From Alphaproteobacteria bacterium (lineage in GTDB: Bacteria; Pseudomonadota; Alphaproteobacteria; UBA2966; CAIVPW01): a DNA stretch of 57,308 nucleotides. The notes beneath the pieces are model-generated. The model was given only the letters and a program-made list of their open reading frames with translations. It was not told the DNA's origin and did not search any database. Positions within the stretch are counted from its first letter, which is position 1, and each line of letters starts with the position of its first letter. Positions 35,668-43,596 of the stretch are shown here, in pieces. The stretch covers positions 1-57,308 of the forward strand of contig JABHVE010000016.1 in the NCBI GenBank assembly GCA_018658465.1, given 5' to 3'. A program made the position numbers and the translations under genes.

Positions 35668-38517
35668 CTATTTTAGGAACGAAGACCAATCCCGGGTGAC
35701 CGCATCACGTGTCCCATTGCCCGTGACTTCGAACAATCGATTGGCCATGACAAGCCTTTGCCCGCCATCTCGGAACAGGGGACGGAAGGCAAAAACCCCG
35801 GTGGAGGTGCTGGGTTCTTGGAAAAACAATTCGAACGGGATCACGAAATAGAACCCTTTGTCGAAGCTGCCTTCACCAAATTCGATCGCCGGCACATTTG
35901 TGAAGGTGGCCCATGCCCCCACCCGCACGCCGCTGTCAAATACCCGGGAAAGATCAAACGTCACGCCGGTGTCTTTGGCCAAGAATCGCCCTGCTGATAC
36001 CGTTGCCAGCAAATTGTTGTACGGCATATCGTAATAAAATGTCAGGTGGCCGGACTTGACGCGGTAATCTTTGAATTCCAGCCGTTGATCAAATTTCCGC
36101 TGAAACAGCTGGTTGACCTCTAGGCTGATCGCCAATCGCGAATCAAACGGCCTGTACAAGAGCTCTCCGCTAATACCGCCAAACATTTCTTCGAAAATTC
36201 CCGCCGAAACACGCGCGTAGATATCTTTTGCAGGCTTGTACATGTAATCCAATTGCAAGCGGACGATGTTGTTCGTTCCTTGCTGCAAATACTCTTTGAT
36301 ATCGCTGCGAACGTGGGGCAAAACGCTGTCAGACTGCAATTTTATTTTGTCGAAATTATTGTACAGGTCGCGCCCAAAAATGCTCGAGAACGAAAATCCG
36401 CGACCCAGATCGGCATTGAACCGAAATGCCAGCCAAATTTGATACAAGACAAATTGATCCGGGCCGCCGATATGTTGGCGGGTTTGTGGCGAAACGGACC
36501 AGCCCACGCGCGGATAACGACCCGGCACAGTGACATCGGACCCAAGTCGCCCGGGGTAACCGGTTTCCAGTGTGCCTGCCTCCAAAATTTCTTCTGGGCT
36601 GCCACGATGAGCCGCCCCGCGTTCCAAGTCGCTGCGGAAAAATGTAAATCGGCTGGTTTCCATCCCTCCGTTCAACGAAACAATCGTAATTTCTTCAATG
36701 GGGGCAGGAAGATTGTCTGACGTAATGCGTGCCGCATATCCCAAATTTCGGGCGGTTTGCATGAATCGGAGGCCGGTCAGATAGACCGTCGCGTGCCGGC
36801 CAGACATTTCGAGTGCTTCAAGGAATATGGTGTTTTCTTCGAGGCGTTCGGCCAGTTGGACGGCAACCTTTTCCTTATCCTCAGGTTCGTATGGAGGATC
36901 AAGAGGCGGCAGGCGGAATGTATTTCCGCCAACCAAATTCCCTGGGGTTTGCGAAATCGCGACAACCCTGGTATCGGGTTGGATTGGCAGGGCCTCCCAA
37001 ATTTCCACTTGGCCGGTCCGAGCGTCGATAATCACGGCGTCGGACATCCCAAAGGTCCGCCCGGCAATCCGCGCCGCCGCCGCGAAATTCACAGCAACCG
37101 ACGGATTGATGGCTGCAACGGTGACGATCGCGGTGCTGTCCTGTATTTCGAAGGCTTCGACCTCCAATCCCAATTCACTAAGGCGTTCGTACAGCGCGTC
37201 CACCGCCGTGACACCCTGTATTTGCCCGCGGCGGACGGTGATCGGCAGCAAGGCTGCCCCCGCCGGAGCATCCACCAACGTCAGCTTGTCGATGTCGGCG
37301 GGCAGCAAAGCTAACGCCCGCACGGCGGCATCTTGTCGCTGGGCCAAATTCGTTGTTCCATTAGGGGACGACACCGTCAAAATCATTTCCGCACCGGCCA
37401 AGGAAATCTGATCGACGGCAAGACCATTTTCGGCCATGACTTGGAAAACCTGGGTCGCCGGGTCAGTGGCAGCCAAGCCCCGGTCTCCCGGGGCTGCGCG
37501 TAACTCCGGAGAAATCAGCTCGGCAAGCTGTCGCCGTGGTCCAACCTCTGGGGGCGGCACATCAATTTTGGCAACTCCGGGCGCCTGGAAATTTGATCGC
37601 AGTGAAAAGTGAATCATTGTGTTTCCGCGCTCGATCCCAAAGGACATATCGAACCAAGGATACGGTCGAAAATTAAAGCCAATGTTGATGGGCGATACAC
37701 CTGGTTTGCTGAAAGCCGCTAACGGTTCCACAGCGTAGTCATGGCTGTCGTATTCGACCTTTAGGGTCAATCCGCGGATCGGTGTGCGATATTCGATCCC
37801 GCCGAAAATGCCGACTTCTGCACCCGAAAACAGGCTTTCCAACGGTGCCGTTCCGCCAAATACGGATATGCCGGTTCTAGTTCCAAAATCCTCGGACAGA
37901 ATGCGCATTGGGTTTTTGTACCCTCCGCGCGATCCCACATAGCCCCAACCCAGTCCCAAGCTGAAATCCAAATCACGATAGCGCTTGCTGGCAACCAAGA
38001 ACTCGCCCGCAAACAATCCGGTTCCCAACCCATCTTGAAGGCCAATGGCCACGGCGGGAAGGTAGTCTGATTCTTTCAGCAGTCGAACCTTGATGTCGGC
38101 ACCGCGATCTTTGTAGGCTTGCAACCCACTGAAGGACAGATTGTCGGAAAACAATCTGTTGCGGACTTCTGTGTACCTGAATGTGGTTTCCAACCATGGC
38201 AAAATATGAATGGACAGGCCCCATCTTTTGTACGGCTCGACCCTTGAATACCCGATCGAAAACAACCCGTCAGGCCCAAACCTGGCATTCCGCATTTGCA
38301 AAAGGCCAATGCCGCCATAGTCCCCAGGAGAAACGGAATTTTCTGGTGTGTCTCGATCAAAGGATTGTGCGCCGACACCGGTTGGCACCAGCCAAAGGGT
38401 GGCAGACATGGCAATGGCCGCAAGGGCCCGCGTCCCCAATATCGGCATCACTGGCCTGCGGTTCCTAAATCTCAGGCTGACTGAAAGCCGCCTGCCCACC
38501 GCAATGTCAGTTTCCAA
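35668..38517 (-). CDS. yjbH: YjbH/GfcD-family outer-membrane polysaccharide export protein, enlarged (up to 949 aa)
   Basis: GGIGLLQMRNARF...ILPWLETTFRYTEVRN...YKDRGADIKVRLLKESDYLPAVAIGLQDGLGTGLFAGEFLVASK matches my recollection of the E. coli YjbH N-terminal region (FPWLETTLRYTDVR...). The probable start is ATG 38448, which gives the signal peptide MPILGTRALAAIAMSATLWLVPTGVGAQS. Confidence 0.8.
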   Translation of the reverse strand: METDIAVGRRLSVSLRFRNRRPVMPILGTRALAAIAMSATLWLVPTGVGAQSFDRDTPENSVSPGDYGGIGLLQMRNARFGPDGLFSIGYSRVEPYKRWGLSIHILPWLETTFRYTEVRNRLFSDNLSFSGLQAYKDRGADIKVRLLKESDYLPAVAIGLQDGLGTGLFAGEFLVASKRYRDLDFSLGLGWGYVGSRGGYKNPMRILSEDFGTRTGISVFGGTAPLESLFSGAEVGIFGGIEYRTPIRGLTLKVEYDSHDYAVEPLAAFSKPGVSPINIGFNFRPYPWFDMSFGIERGNTMIHFSLRSNFQAPGVAKIDVPPPEVGPRRQLAELISPELRAAPGDRGLAATDPATQVFQVMAENGLAVDQISLAGAEMILTVSSPNGTTNLAQRQDAAVRALALLPADIDKLTLVDAPAGAALLPITVRRGQIQGVTAVDALYERLSELGLEVEAFEIQDSTAIVTVAAINPSVAVNFAAAARIAGRTFGMSDAVIIDARTGQVEIWEALPIQPDTRVVAISQTPGNLVGGNTFRLPPLDPPYEPEDKEKVAVQLAERLEENTIFLEALEMSGRHATVYLTGLRFMQTARNLGYAARITSDNLPAPIEEITIVSLNGGMETSRFTFFRSDLERGAAHRGSPEEILEAGTLETGYPGRLGSDVTVPGRYPRVGWSVSPQTRQHIGGPDQFVLYQIWLAFRFNADLGRGFSFSSIFGRDLYNNFDKIKLQSDSVLPHVRSDIKEYLQQGTNNIVRLQLDYMYKPAKDIYARVSAGIFEEMFGGISGELLYRPFDSRLAISLEVNQLFQRKFDQRLEFKDYRVKSGHLTFYYDMPYNNLLATVSAGRFLAKDTGVTFDLSRVFDSGVRVGAWATFTNVPAIEFGEGSFDKGFYFVIPFELFFQEPSTSTGVFAFRPLFRDGGQRLVMANRLFEVTGNGTRDAVTRDWSSFLK

Positions 38518-41332
38518 TCACAGCGATCGAGGCCGCGGTGATCGCTAGCTGGCCAATCAATCCCGTCAGATCTCTGGCAAAGGCCAACAGATCCAAGGGT
38601 GCCAGGTTTTTCGGCGAAACAATTGTGCTGCCCGGTGGCACAAGGACCGACTGATAATTCCAGACGCTAAAGGTGAGCGGCTGGGCAACGCCATTGGGAA
38701 ATACCAGAAACAGTCGATCCTGGTCGGCGGAATCACTTAGTCCACCGGCCTGGACGATATATTGGTCCGCAGTTGTGCCGGCCACAAACTGTTGGGCTCC
38801 GGGGTTCAAGACATCGCCGGTGACAAGAACCGAACTTGGCCGTTTCGGCATGAATAACGTGTCACCGGGTTGAAGCACCACATCGAGTTCCGGCCTGACT
38901 TGCAAGACCGTTGGATCGGCTTCCATCACCACCCGACCAAGAGGCTCGACAGTGGTGAGTTCGCTCACAATTTCTCTCACCGCCGCTACGGCACCGCCGC
39001 CAACATTCTCACGCGTCGCCGCTAAGGCGATCGAGGAGTTCAATTCTTGCGCCGCGCGTAGGAAGCCTGCCTTTTCCGCCCGCTTCACACTCTCCCGCGT
39101 GAAAATGGCACCAAAAGGAAACGCCTGTTGGGTCAAGCCTCCGGCACGGGCAATGAGCTGAGAAAGGGTTTCACCGCGGCGGATGTCATACAACCCGGGG
39201 CGGACAAACTCACCCGCTAGCAATACCGGGCCGCTGTCGCGATCTGAAAAGGCGGCGTTGAAGCGGATAATATCGCCGGGATTCAACGTCATCCCTGCTG
39301 CGGCTTGACCGCTCATGTCGGCGAAGCTCCTCTCCGCCACCGCCACACCGCCCTGTGAAGCTTGGGTATAACGGGTGATCTCCACCCGGGACAAATCGAC
39401 CTGTCGGGTCAGGCCCCCTGCAAACGACACCACGGAAGCAATCAACGTGTTTTCTGTCACGGGATAAGCGCCCGGCCGCCTGACCTCTCCGTTTATGGCC
39501 GCCACGTGTTCCAGGGCAAACGGCAGTAGATCGGGAATGTCGTCAAAAACAATGGGGCACGCACTGATGGCACCGACCTCCCCTCCCTCATTACCAAATC
39601 CCGCCGTGCTCATCGCCTGTATCGCGCCGTCGAATCTGCCTGACTGCGTCGCCCGAGCAATGGCACTTAGGGCCTCCAGGCCACGGCAGTTCGCGACGTT
39701 CGCTGATAGTCTGGCGTTCAAATTATTCGTCGCTTCTTCAAGTAGTTTGATCGCCTCTCCTAGTTCTGCAGGCCCCCCCGCCGGTAGGTCGGGAACGAAG
39801 TTTGGACCCGCAGACACAACCGACTGGACTGGATTCGAGGAAAGAAATCTGATGTCATCAATGCTCAAGATCACCAACCGGTCGTTGTCGCGCAGGGCAA
39901 AGTCCTGCTGGCCAGCAAGAACACGCTGGAGGTCGATCGCGAACAGGCGACGCGCCTGTGTGGTGGGTTCCGTTGTTTCGAGAACGGCGAACGGCAGGTA
40001 GGCACCTTCAACCAACGACTCGGCATCGCCCAGCAACGCGCGCACGGTCGGAACGGATGATCTGACCTGTGGGCCGGGTTGGTGGACGTGTCCAACCAGC
40101 TGGACCATCCCGACCTGGATGTTGCCGCCGAATTTCACGTCGACCATGTCCCCGGCCATTACGGACGCAGACCTAGTAGTTGTCGCCTCGATCACGACCT
40201 CGCGTCCCTCTTGGTCGAACGTTCGGTGAAATAGCCGGGACCCCTGAGGCCTAATCGTACCTCCTGCCAAGGCAATCACCTCTGCCATGGAAGGGTCTGT
40301 CTGCCCCTCCGCCATCTCAAAAATTCCTGGCCGGATGACTTGACCGGTCACGGCAACGGTCGGGCCCAAGCCTGGCACGAAAATCCGGTCTCCGTCGTAT
40401 AGGGAAAGGTCACGCCCCAACGAACCGCTGATCAACAGGTCGTACATGTCCAGCCAGAAAAACGTATCGTTGCGCTCCACTCTTACCTGACGGAGGCTCC
40501 CTGTTTTCCGAATTCCCCCAGCAATAGCGATTGCGTCAAGGATCGTGGACAGCCCTGTAAGTTGGTGGATGCCTGGTGCATGGACTTCGCCAATTACCGA
40601 AACGGATACCAGGCGCACCGCCCCCATGGAGGCGAAGACCCGTGTACCCAGCAAGGCGGCTTCCACTCTTGTTTCCAAATCCGCGCGGAAATCGCCAAAT
40701 GTGCGCCCGGCTGCGGGAATAGGGTCTAAATCCGTCAGGACAATGCGACCTTCGCGGTCGACCACCGCGTCGGTGGATTGAGAAAGTTGGCCGCGAAAGG
40801 TAATAACAATTTCGTCTCCAATTCCAAGACGATAATTGTCGGGAATGGCGCCGTTGACCAATACCCCAGGAATCCGCGGGCCGTCGAACATGTCGTAGCC
40901 GAATTGCAGCAAGACTTCACCAGCGCGAGAACAAAAATCCTGCTCCAATCGGCTAAATGCTGGAACCAAAACGAGCAGTTCCATTTGTTCCGGAGAAAGC
41001 CGCCCTTCACAGAACCGGTGAACCACGAGCATCTGATTGTCCGTGAGGACCGAGGTCACTCGAACAACTTCCTCAGGGTCCTCTCCCACGAATGGCGATG
41101 TAAATTCGCCGCGGGCAGCCTCTGCTCTGGCTTTGTCCAGGGCTCCTTCAGGTGCCCTGCCAACTAGTGCGTCTTCCACGCCCCCTTCCAACAATTCCTC
41201 AAGCAATAATTGGAGTTCGTCCAGGTCCTGGGCCGAACTGGCAGAACCCCATCCCACCATTACCGCGACGATGATGACCGCCCGAACCAAATAGCCTAGT
41301 CTTCTTGACCAGGTATCGGAAAATCGCCCCAT
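38507..41332 (-). CDS. Giant Wza/KpsD-like polysaccharide export protein with about six SLBB domains
   Basis: A Poly_export-like segment (YRLGIGDEIVITFRGQ...VDREGRIVL), then six G(E/Q/H/D)VxxPG...AGG SLBB-type repeats and a C-terminal hydrophobic helix (LTGLIGQLAITAASIAVIG). The internal ATG at 41332 gives a signal peptide (MGRFSDTWSRRLGYLVRAVIIVAVMVGWGSASSAQD). The track ORF extends to 41524. Confidence 0.85.
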   Translation of the reverse strand: MGRFSDTWSRRLGYLVRAVIIVAVMVGWGSASSAQDLDELQLLLEELLEGGVEDALVGRAPEGALDKARAEAARGEFTSPFVGEDPEEVVRVTSVLTDNQMLVVHRFCEGRLSPEQMELLVLVPAFSRLEQDFCSRAGEVLLQFGYDMFDGPRIPGVLVNGAIPDNYRLGIGDEIVITFRGQLSQSTDAVVDREGRIVLTDLDPIPAAGRTFGDFRADLETRVEAALLGTRVFASMGAVRLVSVSVIGEVHAPGIHQLTGLSTILDAIAIAGGIRKTGSLRQVRVERNDTFFWLDMYDLLISGSLGRDLSLYDGDRIFVPGLGPTVAVTGQVIRPGIFEMAEGQTDPSMAEVIALAGGTIRPQGSRLFHRTFDQEGREVVIEATTTRSASVMAGDMVDVKFGGNIQVGMVQLVGHVHQPGPQVRSSVPTVRALLGDAESLVEGAYLPFAVLETTEPTTQARRLFAIDLQRVLAGQQDFALRDNDRLVILSIDDIRFLSSNPVQSVVSAGPNFVPDLPAGGPAELGEAIKLLEEATNNLNARLSANVANCRGLEALSAIARATQSGRFDGAIQAMSTAGFGNEGGEVGAISACPIVFDDIPDLLPFALEHVAAINGEVRRPGAYPVTENTLIASVVSFAGGLTRQVDLSRVEITRYTQASQGGVAVAERSFADMSGQAAAGMTLNPGDIIRFNAAFSDRDSGPVLLAGEFVRPGLYDIRRGETLSQLIARAGGLTQQAFPFGAIFTRESVKRAEKAGFLRAAQELNSSIALAATRENVGGGAVAAVREIVSELTTVEPLGRVVMEADPTVLQVRPELDVVLQPGDTLFMPKRPSSVLVTGDVLNPGAQQFVAGTTADQYIVQAGGLSDSADQDRLFLVFPNGVAQPLTFSVWNYQSVLVPPGSTIVSPKNLAPLDLLAFARDLTGLIGQLAITAASIAVIGN

Positions 41333-42035
41333 GAAAATAGCTCCTAATAGCGGAAAGCCCGCCCCGAAAAAACCGCTTTCGCGGCGCCATGCAATTTCAG
41401 TCGGCGCAGCGTTTTTTGCGTCTGGTTGCACGTTGCCGCCAGTAATTGGAAACGCTATCGATGCCGCCCAATTGCTGGTATCCGGAGCACCCGACACACC
41501 GATATCGCCTGAATATGTGGCCAACCTACCATACGCCTCTATGGCGGCAAAGATCGGAAGAGGCCCCAGAACGCTGTTGGTGCTGGGCCGATTCGACGGC
41601 CCCGATCTGCACTGGATTTCGGAGGATAAAACGGCCGTTGTTACCAGAAATGGCCGGGTGACCAGGACAACCCAGATCGGCCGAGACTTAATTGATACTC
41701 AAGGGATCGAAGACGACCCCGTTGCCACCGGCAACATGGCTTTTGAAGGGACCCATGTTCGTACGGTCGACTTGGCTGATCCAACAGCCGCTTTCGGAAT
41801 TCCAATCACGTCTACGTTTCGAGTTGTGGCCCAGGAAACCATCAAAATTCTTGATCGCGAATTCGACACTTTAAAGGTCGAAGAATTGAACATCGCCAGC
41901 ACAGTTCGGTGGGAATTCGAAAACATGTACTGGTTTGATTTCCAAACTGGATTCATGTGGAAATCAGTTCAACATTTCGCCAGGGACACCCCGCCGATCG
42001 AAACAGAAATTCTCAAGCCAGCAATAATCACATAA
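41331..42035 (+). CDS. yjbF: YjbF/GfcB-family lipoprotein
   Basis: A lipobox (AAFFASGC). NLPYASMAAKIGRGPRTLLVLGRFDGPDLHWISEDKTAVVTRNGRVTRT and the C-terminal RWEFENMYWFD...EILKPA parallel the E. coli YjbF core as I recall it (NMPYASQYMQLNGGPQLFVVL...LVTQHGRLVKT...RWHNRYWID). Confidence 0.85.
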   Translation: MKIAPNSGKPAPKKPLSRRHAISVGAAFFASGCTLPPVIGNAIDAAQLLVSGAPDTPISPEYVANLPYASMAAKIGRGPRTLLVLGRFDGPDLHWISEDKTAVVTRNGRVTRTTQIGRDLIDTQGIEDDPVATGNMAFEGTHVRTVDLADPTAAFGIPITSTFRVVAQETIKILDREFDTLKVEELNIASTVRWEFENMYWFDFQTGFMWKSVQHFARDTPPIETEILKPAIIT

Positions 42036-42065
42036 TTGGCAACGTGGCGTTTAGCCAAAGATAAA

Positions 42066-42093
42066 GGGCACCGCTCCCGTGGGAGCGATGCCC
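42066..42093. terminator. Hairpin between convergent yjbF-like and yjbE-like genes (probable bidirectional terminator)
   Basis: GGGCACCGCTCCC and GGGAGCGATGCCC are inverted-repeat arms with one mismatch. They are followed by TCAATTT on the + strand. Confidence 0.5.
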
Positions 42094-42115
42094 TCAATTT
42101 GTCGTCGAGAATTTT

Positions 42116-42526
42116 CTAGAACGTCGCTGTCGCCGTAACCGTGCTGGTCGAGGTCGAGGTTGAGGTGCTGGTTGACGTGCTGGTTGACGTTGATGTGCTT
42201 GTGGATGTCGATGTGCTTGTGGCCGCCACAGCAGCGTCAGATGAAATCAGCGATGCTAGGGCAACAGCCAAAGCCGCGGCGACCGCGATACCCGCGATGG
42301 CACCAATTCCAAGACCGCCGATCGCCCCGTCGCCAGCCCCAGCGCCGCCTCCGGCTGCCCCGCCAGCTTCTTGGCCAGCTGCAGCATTGGGAACCTGTTT
42401 AAGGGTTTCCACGTTTTGCCGAAATTGGTTCAGAAGCGCGGTGTTTTCCGCCGCAACCGCCAATCCGGGGGCAAAAGCCATATACGCCGAAAGCCCGGCG
42501 ATGGTTGCATATTTTCGCAATTGCAT
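42116..42526 (-). CDS. YjbE/GfcA-like small secreted or membrane protein with Gly/Ala-rich core and (Ser-Thr)13 tail
   Basis: ATG 42526 is preceded by AGGGGG and gives a signal peptide (MQLRKYATIAGLSAYMAFAPGLAVAA). The composition, rich in Gly, Ala, Ser and Thr, and the position next to yjbF/yjbH homologs resemble YjbE/GfcA. Confidence 0.55.
   Translation of the reverse strand: MQLRKYATIAGLSAYMAFAPGLAVAAENTALLNQFRQNVETLKQVPNAAAGQEAGGAAGGGAGAGDGAIGGLGIGAIAGIAVAAALAVALASLISSDAAVAATSTSTSTSTSTSTSTSTSTSTSTSTSTVTATATF
42140..42220 (-). repeat. Coding hexanucleotide-period repeat encoding T(ST)13
   Basis: Hand decoding of codons 42140-42220 on the - strand gives strictly alternating Thr/Ser, using mixed codons (ACG/ACC/ACA and AGC/TCG/TCA/TCC). 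Confidence 0.9.
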
Positions 42527-42585
42527 GGGCGCAAACCCCCTGAAACTAGAAGCAAGTCGGTGCACTGAGACTCGCTTGATTACGC

Positions 42586-42620
42586 AAAAAAAGTTAACGC
42601 AACGCTACGCGCCGTTAACG
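42586..42620 (-). terminator. Rho-independent terminator-like hairpin plus U7 on the - strand
   Basis: GTTAACG (42593-42599) pairs with CGTTAAC (42613-42619). An inner 3-bp extension (42603-42605 with 42609-42611) is possible. On the - strand the hairpin is followed by seven U (the A-run at 42586-42592 on +). Confidence 0.6.
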
Positions 42621-42798
42621 AACCCTGTGTCCTGAGTGGCAACCTAGCCAAATCCTTACCAATGATCAAGCACTCCTGACCCCGAAACTTCTAATTTATG
42701 AACCGCCCCAAGGGGTTGAAAGGCCCATATACCCCCGAATCGCAATAAATAGGACTGAATCGCGTGGCATTTTCGACACACTATTGCAATTTCGTCAA

Positions 42799-43596
42799 TT
42801 AACGCCCCACTGCCGCCGTCAGGAAATAAACCATAGTTTCAACCATTGCCGCGTTTTCGAACACGTCATGGGCTTCCGGTTTAAAGACGATTTCCGAACG
42901 AGACCCGGGGCGACCGTCGAAAAATTTACTGCAATCCTCGCGCTCTTCACCCTCGGCCAAATTGGCATACCAGGGATCATCAGCACCAACCACCGCAAAA
43001 ATCGGCTCGTCCATGGGCGCGTCAATTCCGGCAACCACTGGCGCGCCGTTGCAGGTCCACTGAGCAATGACCCGGCCGTTGAATTCGTCGCCTCGGTATA
43101 GGGCGACCGCAACGGCACCCTCGGATGCACCGGCCAACACCATGCGGTTCCAGTCCGCCCATTCGGCGAACCACAATTTTTCCAAGGCAAAGCTGATTTC
43201 TGCCAATCGGAAATCGTACACAAAAAGATTATAGCCGCCGGACTGGGTTTCCGGATCGCACTGTAATGGGCGGTAAGATCGGGCAAAGCTGTTTGGCGCC
43301 ACCACCGCGAACCCTTCGTCCGCAAGTTTGCGCAGAAAATCCAGACCTCCGATGCCTGTGCACCCATGCATGTACAAGGCGACGGGCAAGGCCTCCCCCT
43401 CCGCCAGCAAGGCCACCCGATCGGTCATAGCGGGGCTGTTCATGGTGGACACCAACACGTCATCCGCCGACAGGGCTGGCAACACCACGACGGCATTAGC
43501 CCAGGTCAGTTCGATATCGGACATCACCAAAGGCTGGGCACATCCTCCAACTGCCAACGCCAGGGCGACCCCACACATATTTCGGATTGCGCTCAT
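42799..43596 (-). CDS. Alpha/beta-hydrolase lipoprotein (dienelactone-hydrolase-like)
   Basis: ATG 43596 gives the lipobox LALAVGGCAQ. A nucleophile elbow (LAGASEGAV) and VALYMHGCTGIGG are present. This ATG overlaps the ispE stop (ATGA on the - strand, 43593-43596). Confidence 0.6.
   Translation of the reverse strand: MSAIRNMCGVALALAVGGCAQPLVMSDIELTWANAVVVLPALSADDVLVSTMNSPAMTDRVALLAEGEALPVALYMHGCTGIGGLDFLRKLADEGFAVVAPNSFARSYRPLQCDPETQSGGYNLFVYDFRLAEISFALEKLWFAEWADWNRMVLAGASEGAVAVALYRGDEFNGRVIAQWTCNGAPVVAGIDAPMDEPIFAVVGADDPWYANLAEGEEREDCSKFFDGRPGSRSEIVFKPEAHDVFENAAMVETMVYFLTAAVGR

Noticed and set aside
41333-41524. A 64-codon N-terminal extension of the Wza-like ORF, as listed in the ORF track.
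   Set aside because: The extension is the antisense of the yjbF signal-peptide and lipobox coding region and has no signal-peptide character. The internal ATG at 41332 starts a textbook signal peptide.
42593-42620. Two GTTAACG copies 21 nt apart as a protein operator upstream of the yjbE-like gene.
   Set aside because: The two copies are mutually complementary arms (GTTAACG/CGTTAAC) followed by a U7 run on the - strand. A terminator or attenuator hairpin explains this better.
42141-42635. A + strand ORF encoding VEVEVEV/LVDVLVDV repeats.
   Set aside because: It is the antisense translation of the (Ser-Thr)13 and Gly/Ala-rich coding sequence of the yjbE-like gene, and it runs through the - strand Shine-Dalgarno and start.
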